64,000 nucleotides of DNA from an uncultured Actinomycetes bacterium (GCA_964631685.1 CAZVZU010000008.1:10476-74475); one strand, 5' to 3'. Shown: positions 9,082 through 18,707, numbered from the stretch's first letter. Numbers and translations are program-made. The notes: generated by a model not told the origin, from the sequence alone.

Positions 9082-9888
9082 ATGAAAAAAAATAAAAAAA
9101 TATTTGGCATGTTTGTTTTGTTTGTTGCACTCTTGTTTTGTTCATCTGCTTTTTTATCCGGATGTGCGGAGATGGGACCGGATACTGTGTACAACTTAAA
9201 GGTCCAGGTGAAAAAATTAAACAAGAAGACAAACAGATTATCGCAAAGCAATACTTATTTAGTTCAAAAACTTCATGATATGCAAATAAATATTGCAAAT
9301 CAGGGTGTTACGATATCCAATATGGGTTCTAAATTAAACGACATGTATGGAAAATATGAGGTGGAATCTCACAATATTGGTATACTTAGAAAAAAATTTA
9401 ACGACTATCGTTTAATTGTCAATAAGGAATTTTTCAAGTTATCAAACAATGTCAATATCAAGCCTATCGTCAAGAAGAAGCTCTTGCCCAAAAAAAATAT
9501 TATAACTACAAATCTAAAGCTTAATGGTTTTAGTAAGGGCGTATATTTGTATAAAAAAGGGGATTATGCCGGTGCCCTTTTATCGCTGAATAAATTTATA
9601 AATAAATATCCGCAGTCCAAAAACATTCCTAATGCTCTATTTTATGAGGCGGTATCAAATTTTAAACTTAAAAAGTATCCTGTTTCAATATTGGAGTTAC
9701 ACAAATTTTCAGAAATTTACTCAAAGAATATTCATGTTCCCATGGCGATATATTGGCAGGGAATGGGTTTTTTGAAGCTTTCCGACAAAGCGGATGCATC
9801 AATTTTGTTTCAGCAGGTTGTTTCAAAATATAGTAGTACTACGGCTTCAAGACTTTCCGCAGAAGAGCTTAAGAAACTTACTAAATAA
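9082..9888 (+). CDS. cpoB: CpoB/YbgF-like TPR protein, predicted lipoprotein
   Basis: Lipobox LSGC, coiled coil, C-terminal TPR (YP.S...PNA); follows tolB. Confidence 0.75.
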   Translation: MKKNKKIFGMFVLFVALLFCSSAFLSGCAEMGPDTVYNLKVQVKKLNKKTNRLSQSNTYLVQKLHDMQINIANQGVTISNMGSKLNDMYGKYEVESHNIGILRKKFNDYRLIVNKEFFKLSNNVNIKPIVKKKLLPKKNIITTNLKLNGFSKGVYLYKKGDYAGALLSLNKFINKYPQSKNIPNALFYEAVSNFKLKKYPVSILELHKFSEIYSKNIHVPMAIYWQGMGFLKLSDKADASILFQQVVSKYSSTTASRLSAEELKKLTK

Positions 9889-9891
9889 AAA

Positions 9892-10935
9892 GTGAGTCAC
9901 ATTAAAAATATTATTAATCTGGCATTTGAGTCTAGTTGCGATGATTTTTCCTGCGCTGTACTCTTGAAGGACAGTAGTGGCATAAGGGTTCTTTCAAATG
10001 TTATATATTCTCAAGATTTTGTGCACGATATATACGGCGGGGTTGTTCCAGAGCTTGCTTCTAGAAATCACATGAAGGCATCTGTGCCTGCACTCAGGTT
10101 TGCTTTGTCAAAGGCTGGTATTAGCTTAAGCGATGTTGACCTTGTGTCCGTGACGGCTGGTCCGGGGCTTGTCGGTTCTCTTCTTATAGGGCTCATGGAA
10201 GCAAAAACAATATCATTTGCGTTAAATATTCCATTGGCCAAGATAAACCATATCGAAGGACATATCTTTAGCCCCTTTTTAGAAAACGAAGAGAAATTTC
10301 CGTTTATTGCGCTAGTAATTTCGGGGGGGCATACTCATATATACTTGGTAAAATCTCACAACAATATAAAACTTATAGGAAGAACAAGGGATGATGCTTG
10401 TGGTGAGCTATTCGACAAGGTATCGAGTTACCTTGGCTTTGGATATCCAGGGGGTAAGGTTGTGGATAAGTTCGCAGAAGAGGGAGATGAAAGTGCATTT
10501 AAGTTTCCCCTCCCTATGGCACACAGCCATAATTTAGATATGAGTTTTAGTGGGCTTAAAACGGCTGTTATTTCTGAGATAAATAATTTAGGGGGCCCTG
10601 ATAACATTAAAGAAAGTGTTGTTTTCGATATTTTTGCTTCTCTTAGGGAAGCAGTGGCTAAAATTCTTTATAAAAAAACATTATATGCTTGTAATATCTA
10701 TAAAATAAGTACAATTGTTGTTTCTGGCGGAGTTTCTGCAAATTTACGCATTCGGTCTCTTTTTGCAGAGGCTGTGGAAAAATCAGGTTTAAAGATAATT
10801 TTTCCTTCTATACCGCTATCAACTGACAATGCTGCCATGATTGGTTATGCTGGATACTTTAAACCTTCGATAGATCCTGTTAAAAATAGGGTCGAATTTT
10901 TAAATATTAATGCCGATTCTTCGTGGGAGCTATGA
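9892..10935 (+). CDS. tsaD: tRNA N6-threonylcarbamoyladenosine synthase TsaD
   Basis: ESSCDD, GGVVPELASRNH, NHIEGH, SGGHT, FSGLKT, TDNAAMI. Confidence 0.96.
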   Translation: MSHIKNIINLAFESSCDDFSCAVLLKDSSGIRVLSNVIYSQDFVHDIYGGVVPELASRNHMKASVPALRFALSKAGISLSDVDLVSVTAGPGLVGSLLIGLMEAKTISFALNIPLAKINHIEGHIFSPFLENEEKFPFIALVISGGHTHIYLVKSHNNIKLIGRTRDDACGELFDKVSSYLGFGYPGGKVVDKFAEEGDESAFKFPLPMAHSHNLDMSFSGLKTAVISEINNLGGPDNIKESVVFDIFASLREAVAKILYKKTLYACNIYKISTIVVSGGVSANLRIRSLFAEAVEKSGLKIIFPSIPLSTDNAAMIGYAGYFKPSIDPVKNRVEFLNINADSSWEL

Positions 10936-10962
10936 GTAATCGGGTAATTGACAAGGATTACA

Positions 10963-11817
10963 ATGGGAAAATCAGTCAAAGGACGTAAGGTGGTTTACGG
11001 TCAAAATTTTTTAGTAAATAAAGATATAGCGCGCGATATAGTTGAATTATGTAATTTTACACCTGACGATAATGTTGTAGAGATTGGATCCGGCAAAGGG
11101 GCATTAACAGGATTTATTATTGGGAAAACAAAAACATATACGATATTAGAAATAGGTGATTTCTATTTTAATCTTATAAAAGGCAAATTTAATCCAAATA
11201 AATTTAGTGGAATCAATATTTTAAATGAAGATGCTCTTAAATTTAATTATACGGGTTTAAGCCAAACTCTTTCTTCGAAAATAAGGGTTATTTCAAATCT
11301 TCCCTATGAAATCTCAAGCCCTATTATAGAAAAGTTCACGAAAGAAAAGCATGTTTTTTCGGATTTAACGCTTATGTTTCAGAAAGAGTTTGCAAAGAGG
11401 CTATATGCTAAAGAGAATGATTCCGAAAGAGGGGCATTAAGTGTTATCAGTGACATCAACTTTAAAATCGTCAAACTTTTTGATGTGGACAAGTCTAATT
11501 TTAGTCCTGCGCCAAGAGTTGATTCTATCGTTGTAAGAATAACTCCTATATATCACACAGATGACGATTATATTTGGGCGGCAGATTCCCAGTTTTTTAG
11601 TTATTTTGTTCATCAGATTTTTAAATTAAGAAGGAAAAAACTAAGAAATTCTATATATGCATCTTTTTTTAGCGTGCCGCCCGATGTAAAAGAATCTATA
11701 TTTGCTGATGTAAATGTTGATTTGGATAAAAGGCCGCAGGAATTGACAACAATAGAGTTTATAAAAGTTGCAAGGAAATACGATGACTATCTAAAAATAG
11801 TTGAGAGCGGGGTGTGA
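10963..11817 (+). CDS. rsmA: 16S rRNA dimethyladenosine transferase KsgA/RsmA
   Basis: GQNFL, EIGSGKG, NLPYEISSP, F.PAPRVDS; ATG 10963 has an AAGGA RBS (alternative TTG 10948). Confidence 0.93.
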   Translation: MGKSVKGRKVVYGQNFLVNKDIARDIVELCNFTPDDNVVEIGSGKGALTGFIIGKTKTYTILEIGDFYFNLIKGKFNPNKFSGINILNEDALKFNYTGLSQTLSSKIRVISNLPYEISSPIIEKFTKEKHVFSDLTLMFQKEFAKRLYAKENDSERGALSVISDINFKIVKLFDVDKSNFSPAPRVDSIVVRITPIYHTDDDYIWAADSQFFSYFVHQIFKLRRKKLRNSIYASFFSVPPDVKESIFADVNVDLDKRPQELTTIEFIKVARKYDDYLKIVESGV

Positions 11818-11869
11818 TAATAATGACAACCGTAACAATTGATTTACATGATGATAAAAAGGAAAACTC

Positions 11870-13351
11870 ATGGAAAAGGTAGTTATTGCATTAGATTTAG
11901 GCACAACCGGCAACAGAGCGATAGCCTTTGCCAAAGACGTCTGTATCGTTGCAAGTTCTTATTGCGAGTTTCCTCAGATGCATCCGAAGCCGTCGTGGGT
12001 AGAGCAAAATCCGTACGATATTTTAAGTTCCGCACTAAAGGTTCTTAGAAAAACAGTTGAAAAATGTAACTCGTTCGAGATAACATCTATAGGGATAACA
12101 AATCAGAGGGAAACCGCAATACTGTGGGATAAAAAGACAGGGAAGCCCGTTTATAACGCTATAGTTTGGCAATGCAGAAGAACGGCAAAAGCTTGCAGGG
12201 ATTTATTAGAGTATAGTAACCTGATAAAGGCAAAGACCGGTCTATTTTTGGATCCCTATTTTTCTGCAACTAAGATTAAATGGGTAATAGATAATGTTGA
12301 TGGGGTAAAAAACCGAATGGACAAGGGAGAAATTGCCTTTGGGACGGTTGACAGCTGGATTTTGTGGAATCTAACGGGTGGCAGGGTTCATTCTACGGAT
12401 GCTTCTAACGCATCACGAACACTTTTATATAACATTAACACATTGAGATATGACGAGGAACTTCTTGAAATATTCGGCATCCCTATATCTATGCTCCCTC
12501 AAGTTTACGATAGTAATCATAATTTTGGTTGTACCGATAAGGACATTTTTGGTAAATCAATTCCGATAATAGGAATCTTAGGAGATCAGCAGGCATCTTT
12601 GTTTGCTCATGGCGGCTTTGGGACGGGAGTAATAAAAAATACATACGGCACGGGTCTTTTTGCAATGGTAGAGACCGGAAATAAAATTTATAATTCAGAT
12701 AAATTAGTTGCTACTATTGCGTGGAAATTAGACAATGTCGCATATTATGCATTGGAAGGCAGTATTTTTACGGGAGGTTCGATAGTCCGGTATGTTAAGG
12801 ATAATTTTAATTTTATAAATTATATTCATGAATCTTCCTCCATGGCGCAGGATTTAGATTCTAACGGCGGCGTATATTTTGTTCCTGCATTAGCCGGTCT
12901 TGGTGCACCCTTTTGGGATCCGGGCGCAAGGGGTTTGATTATTGGTTTGACGGGGGCAACCACCAAGGCCCATATCGTCAGGGCAGCATTAGAATCGTTG
13001 GCATATCAGACAAAAGATGTTATTTTAGAATTTAAGAATGCTTTAAAAAACGACATAAATTTATCGGCATATAAGCTGAGAGTTGACGGAAAAGCAAGCG
13101 AAAATGAGTTTTTAATGCAATTTCAGTCCGATATTTTAAACATGATTGTTGAAAAAACGGTTTTTACTGAGATGACCGCTTTCGGTGTTGCCGGACTTAG
13201 CGCAATAACGACTGGTCTTTGGACCGTAGGTGAATTTTACAACCTTAGAAGGATAGGGAAGACATATATTCCTGAGATGGACGATAAAATTAGAAACGAT
13301 TACTATGGCAAATGGCGACAAGCCGTAACAAAGTCCCTTAAATGGGCATAG
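11870..13351 (+). CDS. glpK: glycerol kinase
   Basis: DLGTTG, GITNQRET, NAIVWQCRRT, DPYFSATKIKW, GDQQA, KNTYGTG, GLGAPFWD. Confidence 0.94.
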   Translation: MEKVVIALDLGTTGNRAIAFAKDVCIVASSYCEFPQMHPKPSWVEQNPYDILSSALKVLRKTVEKCNSFEITSIGITNQRETAILWDKKTGKPVYNAIVWQCRRTAKACRDLLEYSNLIKAKTGLFLDPYFSATKIKWVIDNVDGVKNRMDKGEIAFGTVDSWILWNLTGGRVHSTDASNASRTLLYNINTLRYDEELLEIFGIPISMLPQVYDSNHNFGCTDKDIFGKSIPIIGILGDQQASLFAHGGFGTGVIKNTYGTGLFAMVETGNKIYNSDKLVATIAWKLDNVAYYALEGSIFTGGSIVRYVKDNFNFINYIHESSSMAQDLDSNGGVYFVPALAGLGAPFWDPGARGLIIGLTGATTKAHIVRAALESLAYQTKDVILEFKNALKNDINLSAYKLRVDGKASENEFLMQFQSDILNMIVEKTVFTEMTAFGVAGLSAITTGLWTVGEFYNLRRIGKTYIPEMDDKIRNDYYGKWRQAVTKSLKWA

Positions 13352-13371
13352 TTTATCACAAAAGCTATTCA

Positions 13372-13400
13372 TAGACATATTATCTGCAGTATGCTATAAT
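13372..13400 (+). promoter_or_regulatory. sigma70-type promoter with extended -10
   Basis: TAGACA-17bp-TATAAT with TG at the extended -10 position. Confidence 0.6.
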
Positions 13401-13480
13401 GGCAGACAGAAGCGTTAGATTATTGGTTGGATAAAAATTAAATTTAAAGAATACAGTACCTCTCCGAAAAAGATAACAAA

Positions 13481-14362
13481 ATGGTTTTAGAAAAGGTTAA
13501 GCCCGAGCGCAGTACTTCCGATAACTATGAAGATTTCGACAAGTTTACTAAGTCACCCGTGTTTAAAAGTATCATTAATGATAAAATTTCGAGCCTTAAT
13601 GTAGCATTTATTGGTTTCTATGGGTCAAGGAACTATAATATACACACAGACAAAAGCGATCATGATTTTTTTATAGTTTATTATCCGACCTTCGATAATT
13701 TTTACTACAACAAGTTTGAGAGATTCTCGGTTATAGACAAGAATTATGACTATTTCATAACCCCTGTTCATGAATATGTTCGGCATGCAATGAATGGCAA
13801 TATAAAGTTTATAGAGCCTATAGTGTGCAGGACGGTTTTTTTCATAGTATCGTCGGGAATGAGTTTTAGCGCCGTTAAGATCAAAAATAATCCGTTAATC
13901 GATAAAATAGATCGTTTTATATCTATTAATTATAGGAAAAATTTTAATACCATAATGGGTATCGTTAATAATAAAAGATTAAATATAATTAAGGGATCAT
14001 ATACGTCTAATACATTAAAATACAAAGAAACGCATGGATACGACATTAAAGAAGCTATAAATTCATTAAGAATCCTTTTTTTACTTGAGGATTATATTAA
14101 AAGTGGTCAATTTTCTTTTATGGTTAAGGGCAATCCTGTTTATAGGGAATTTGAGGATTATATGCTTAAAATAAACAGAATGGCAATGTCAAAGGATGCT
14201 TATTTGGAAATAATAGACAAAAAAGTGAATGATGTTTTAAGATTAAAAGGTGGATTAGATATATTATATGAAAATAAAAAACAGACTATCATAAAAACCG
14301 AGAATGAAATCAAAGATTATACCAAGAAACTTTGCGGGGATAATATCTGTTTTGCAAAATAG
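13481..14362 (+). CDS. Pol-beta superfamily nucleotidyltransferase, RlaP/YcgL-like
   Basis: GSRNYNIHTDKSDHD (GS...SDxD) and C-terminal GYDxK...LR helix. Confidence 0.7.
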   Translation: MVLEKVKPERSTSDNYEDFDKFTKSPVFKSIINDKISSLNVAFIGFYGSRNYNIHTDKSDHDFFIVYYPTFDNFYYNKFERFSVIDKNYDYFITPVHEYVRHAMNGNIKFIEPIVCRTVFFIVSSGMSFSAVKIKNNPLIDKIDRFISINYRKNFNTIMGIVNNKRLNIIKGSYTSNTLKYKETHGYDIKEAINSLRILFLLEDYIKSGQFSFMVKGNPVYREFEDYMLKINRMAMSKDAYLEIIDKKVNDVLRLKGGLDILYENKKQTIIKTENEIKDYTKKLCGDNICFAK

Positions 14363-14388
14363 GTATAATATATTATATAATTAGTATC

Positions 14389-14841
14389 ATGGGTGTTCTG
14401 TCGAAAATGTTTTTTACTGTTTTAATTTACATATTTGTTGAGATTTATGTTTTTGTGGAGGTGTCTGCCAAGATTGGTTTTCTCCCTTCTGTTATTTTGT
14501 TAATATCCTTTAGTATAATAGGGTACATAATTACAAAAAGGATAAAGTCTGCTTCTTTTCAAAATGCCATTGCAGATTATTCTAATGGTTCATCGCCGAG
14601 TAAAAATTTAGTTAAATCGGCGGCGTTTTTTATATCGGGTTTATTATTTCTCGTGCCTGGATTTATCACCGATTTTATTGCGGTACTTTTTTTAATCCCC
14701 CTTTTAAACTATTACTTGGTATATCTCATATTTAGATATTTTAAAAATAAATTTAATGGCTCCTTTATGCGTGGAGACGGCGACAACGGTTTTACGAGCG
14801 AGACTTTTATTTCACTGCCATTTAAAAAACATGAAAGATAA
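14389..14841 (+). CDS. fxsA: FxsA family membrane protein
   Basis: VEIYVFV..IG, GLLFLVPGFITD motifs. Confidence 0.88.
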   Translation: MGVLSKMFFTVLIYIFVEIYVFVEVSAKIGFLPSVILLISFSIIGYIITKRIKSASFQNAIADYSNGSSPSKNLVKSAAFFISGLLFLVPGFITDFIAVLFLIPLLNYYLVYLIFRYFKNKFNGSFMRGDGDNGFTSETFISLPFKKHER

Positions 14842-14846
14842 CATAT

Positions 14847-15203
14847 ATGTATACAATTTTACTTAAATCTAAGATTCATAGGGCTACGGTAACAGATTCT
14901 AATCTTGAATACGAGGGGTCTATTTCAATAGATAAAGAACTTATGGATAGAGCCGATATTTTGCCGTATGAAAAGGTTAGTGTCTGGAACGTAAATAATG
15001 GCAGTAGATTTGAAACGTATGCCATTCCTTCAGATGAGCATTCCGGGGACATTGTAGTGAACGGGGCTGCCTCTCGTTTAGCCCAGACGGGGGACATTGT
15101 AATTATCGCAACCTTTGGTTTTTATGATAAAGAAGAACTGAAGGGGTTTGAACCTACGATGGTTTATGTTGACGATAAAAATCATGCAAACGGCGACATT
15201 TAG
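14847..15203 (+). CDS. panD: aspartate 1-decarboxylase
   Basis: KSKIHRATVT, YEG/S self-cleavage site, RFETYAI, NGAA. Confidence 0.97.
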   Translation: MYTILLKSKIHRATVTDSNLEYEGSISIDKELMDRADILPYEKVSVWNVNNGSRFETYAIPSDEHSGDIVVNGAASRLAQTGDIVIIATFGFYDKEELKGFEPTMVYVDDKNHANGDI

Positions 15204-15282
15204 ATATGGCGACGGTTTCTATTTTAAGGATAAAAATAATTTAACGGTCAAAGAAATGGTTTGTTAAGGCAGGCTTAACGCA

Positions 15283-16587
15283 TTGATTAAAAAGTATTTT
15301 GCTGATTATATCTTTGTATCTCCATCGGGTTCCCCGCCGCTTATTGCAAACGGTGAACTGGCGGTTGATGGAATATCGGGTAGGGTTTTATCTGTCCTGA
15401 GAAATAGTAAACAAGTCCGGTCTCTTCACGGCAACATAGAAGGTTTTAAGACAATAATCGTTCCGGGTTTTATAAACTCCCATATCCATACAGACCTCAC
15501 CATTAAGGCAGATAATGAAACGCCACACGTTTTCTCAAAGTGGGTTTTTTCCATAGTAGAAAAGAGGAAATATTTTGATGATGAAATAAGAAATGAACTT
15601 AGATTAAAGGCATTCCAAGAGACCGTGGAAAGCGGCACAGCACTTGTAGGAGATATCATAGATGCGGGTTCATTTTATGATATCGGTAATTTGCTCTTAA
15701 AGTCCAATCTTATCCCTAAGGTCAAGGGATTTATCGAAATAAGGGGTTTGATTACAAATTGCGCTGAGCAAAGAATGAATGATTTCAGGATATTTTGTAA
15801 AAAATATGAAGATATTTTTAAGCAAAATAAAAAATATTTTTCTTTAGGTATCTCTCCTCATTCTATATATTCAGTATCAGAATCGTTATTTGAAAAAGTA
15901 AGAAAAGAAAGTTCCAAAATGAGACTCAATGTAGCTGTCCACGCATCTGAACATCTGTCTGAAGTTCAATTTATATCGGGAGCGGGTGGAGATATAGCGG
16001 ATAATCTTTTGCCTGCATTCAAGCTTTCTAAATTTTCCGTGCCATCAAGAACATTTTCAAGCCCTATTTCTTACCTGAATTATTTAAAAATTTTAAATAA
16101 AAATACGCTAATAATCCATGCTAACGAGATTAACGACAATGATATTAATATTATAAAAGATTCTGGTGCTAGTGTTGTCCACTGTCCAAGGAGTAACGCC
16201 TTTTTTAATTCAAATAAATTTCCGTTAAAAAAGGTTTTGGAAAACGGTATTTCAGTTTCATTGGGAACTGATAGTCTATATTCTAATAAATCATTAAGCA
16301 TTCTTGATGAGCTTCAATATGCCAAAGGGATCCACCCTAATGTTTCTTCTAAGGATCTATTTACTATGGCTACGGTCAATGGAGCAAAGGCGCTTTCTTT
16401 TCCCAATATTACCGGAACATTGGAGCCTAATTCTTGTGGAGATTTTACCGTTTTTAAAATTGATAAAAATGTGAAAGTGAATGAAATTAATATTTATGAT
16501 ATCATCTTATCGTTAAGAAAAGCAGATATCATTATGGTAGTGTTGGATGGATGTGTTGTTTGTGATAAACTTAACGGAATAAGTTAG
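15283..16587 (+). CDS. metal-dependent amidohydrolase (MTA/SAH or aminofutalosine deaminase-like)
   Basis: PGFINSHIH, SPHSIYS, HASE, HCPRSN, LGTDS; TTG start. Confidence 0.82.
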   Translation: MIKKYFADYIFVSPSGSPPLIANGELAVDGISGRVLSVLRNSKQVRSLHGNIEGFKTIIVPGFINSHIHTDLTIKADNETPHVFSKWVFSIVEKRKYFDDEIRNELRLKAFQETVESGTALVGDIIDAGSFYDIGNLLLKSNLIPKVKGFIEIRGLITNCAEQRMNDFRIFCKKYEDIFKQNKKYFSLGISPHSIYSVSESLFEKVRKESSKMRLNVAVHASEHLSEVQFISGAGGDIADNLLPAFKLSKFSVPSRTFSSPISYLNYLKILNKNTLIIHANEINDNDINIIKDSGASVVHCPRSNAFFNSNKFPLKKVLENGISVSLGTDSLYSNKSLSILDELQYAKGIHPNVSSKDLFTMATVNGAKALSFPNITGTLEPNSCGDFTVFKIDKNVKVNEINIYDIILSLRKADIIMVVLDGCVVCDKLNGIS

Positions 16588-16643
16588 CATGTGTTATAAC
16601 TACCCTTTGTAATTATCAAATTAATCGTACGCTTAAGGTTAAA

Positions 16644-17474
16644 ATGAAAATCATAACTGATATATATGAAATGAAGAAAATTTCAAAAGATTTAAAAAAA
16701 TCGTCAAGGCAGATTTCTTTTGTTCCCACGATGGGCAAGCTTCATGATGGACATAGAAGGCTTATCGAAGAAGGGAAAAAATACGGTACGGTTATAGTAT
16801 CTATTTTTATTAACCCCATACAATTTGGACAAGGTGAAGATTTCAAAAACTATCCGGAAGATTTTAAGAGCGATGTCGAAATATTAGAAAATCTAAAGGT
16901 AGAATATCTCTTTAATCCAACGGTAGACATTGTTGATAATACTAAAACGTTTTTGATTGATACTGAATACTCAAACCAACTTTGCGGCGATTTCCGGCCT
17001 ATTCATTTTCAAGGTGTTTTGACAATAGTAATGAAACTATTTTGCATAATAAATCCGGATATTGCTCTTTTTGGGCTCAAAGACTATCAACAATATATTT
17101 TGATAAGAAAGATGGTTGAGGACTTTTTTTTAGATGTTAAAATAGTGCCTGTTCCTTCAGTGCGGGAGGAATGCGGGCTTGCAATGAGCTCAAGAAACTC
17201 GTATCTTAGCGAGGGCGATAAAAAAACCGCTTGTAATTTTTATAAATCTCTCAAAAAGACCGTGAAACTATTTAATGCGGGAGAAACATTGTCCCGTAAA
17301 TTGACCGTTTTTGCTGCAAAAGAATTAATTAAGATTGGGTTTAAAATAGATTACCTGAAGATTATGGATAAGGGGCTCAATATTGATAAGCAATATGTCA
17401 GTGCGGGTGACATTCTGCTTTCTGCTGTGAGGTTTAAAGGCGTTAGGCTTATAGATAATATTTTTTTTGAATAA
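16644..17474 (+). CDS. panC: pantoate--beta-alanine ligase
   Basis: VPTMGKLHDGH, FINPIQF, FGLKDYQQ, AMSSRN, RLIDN. Confidence 0.96.
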   Translation: MKIITDIYEMKKISKDLKKSSRQISFVPTMGKLHDGHRRLIEEGKKYGTVIVSIFINPIQFGQGEDFKNYPEDFKSDVEILENLKVEYLFNPTVDIVDNTKTFLIDTEYSNQLCGDFRPIHFQGVLTIVMKLFCIINPDIALFGLKDYQQYILIRKMVEDFFLDVKIVPVPSVREECGLAMSSRNSYLSEGDKKTACNFYKSLKKTVKLFNAGETLSRKLTVFAAKELIKIGFKIDYLKIMDKGLNIDKQYVSAGDILLSAVRFKGVRLIDNIFFE

Positions 17475-17495
17475 TTTTAGGATATTTTTTGTCAT

Positions 17496-17525
17496 TCTTG
17501 AAAAAACATATTTTCAAGATATACT
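17496..17525 (+). promoter_or_regulatory. inverted repeat (candidate operator) overlapping a predicted promoter of the alpha-glucan operon
   Basis: TCTTGAAAA-N6-TTTTCAAGA (17496-17519); TTGAAA-16bp-TATACT. Confidence 0.5.
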
Positions 17526-17549
17526 CAGGTTAGGGGTGCGTAGATAAAA

Positions 17550-18695
17550 ATGAAAAATGATTTTAGGGTTGCTTTAACATTTAGTGCCGAGTTACCCGGC
17601 AAGATTAAGATAAAAACAAGCGCTGTGACGATGCATGGCATTGCTGATAAAAAAAGGGATGGTTTAATAAATGGATTAAGGGCGAGGGCAGTAAGAGATA
17701 GTCTTGATTTTAGAAAAAGAAAGCTCTCTATGATGTTTAATCCTGTGTTTGGTGGGTTTGTCTTTTTTTCCGATGCAGTAGGGCTTGGCGATGAGGATGC
17801 TGTTGGTTTTGCTAGGTTGTTTTTTGATAAGCTGGAAGAATATTTTCATGTGTCCGTCGTATATTATCACTTGATAGATATAGGAGATATTACTCCTAAG
17901 GGTGGTTGTTCATCGAAAATTTTTGATTTTGAAATATTTAATTATAATTTTTACGAACATAGGGCCGTAAAAACCGAGCTTACCGGAGCGAAAAACATAA
18001 AAAAGCTCAATGAGCTTGCTGAATTTGTCCTTGCCGAGTGTTCTAAATTTAAATTTGGTGATGCAGATGAAGGGTCTTTAGCATATACATTGGCCGCAAA
18101 AGAAAAAGAAGAAATGTCATCCGATCATGTCAATATTAACGACGAAGGCGATGTGGATGGACGTATAGGTTTGAGTCATGAGAGTTGGATGCCGTTAGAT
18201 CCCTCGGAAAATGCTCCCGTGCTTGAACGTGGAGAGCCACGTGAAATACGTAAGGTAAGCAGTGTCAGGATTTATTTTCAAAAACCGGGAGTAAGGCAGG
18301 TTGTATGGAGATTTAGGGATAAACCTGGAACGAGTTCCGAAAAGCCTATTCTGAGAGTATATGTAGACGATAAAATGCTTTGGTACGAACGGTTGGACAG
18401 CAGATTTGGAAGCAGGTATATTATTTTTTCGGATGATTACGAGTTGTGTAGGACATGGGTCGATATAGGGTACGTTAACGAAAAGGGAATGTTCACATTT
18501 GTAGCAAGAAGTCCTATCTGGCCGCCAAAATGTTTCTCTAAAAGTCTGCCGAAAGCAAACTCCAGAAAGCGAGTGCCTAAAGAGATATCAATGATAGGCG
18601 CAAGCGAGGGGATACCTGGCGGGGAACGACTCCCTGTTAATTTATCGGATCCCGGGTATGGTTTTTCCGGTTTAGGGATAAAAAAACAGGGATGA
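17550..18695 (+). CDS. hypothetical two-domain protein; C-terminal DUF4912-like domain
   Basis: C-terminal W...LRVY...DIGYVNEKGMFTFVARS resembles DUF4912, which usually precedes GH57 branching enzymes; acidic linker. Confidence 0.55.
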   Translation: MKNDFRVALTFSAELPGKIKIKTSAVTMHGIADKKRDGLINGLRARAVRDSLDFRKRKLSMMFNPVFGGFVFFSDAVGLGDEDAVGFARLFFDKLEEYFHVSVVYYHLIDIGDITPKGGCSSKIFDFEIFNYNFYEHRAVKTELTGAKNIKKLNELAEFVLAECSKFKFGDADEGSLAYTLAAKEKEEMSSDHVNINDEGDVDGRIGLSHESWMPLDPSENAPVLERGEPREIRKVSSVRIYFQKPGVRQVVWRFRDKPGTSSEKPILRVYVDDKMLWYERLDSRFGSRYIIFSDDYELCRTWVDIGYVNEKGMFTFVARSPIWPPKCFSKSLPKANSRKRVPKEISMIGASEGIPGGERLPVNLSDPGYGFSGLGIKKQG

Positions 18696-18707
18696 GGAGG
18701 CTGTTAT

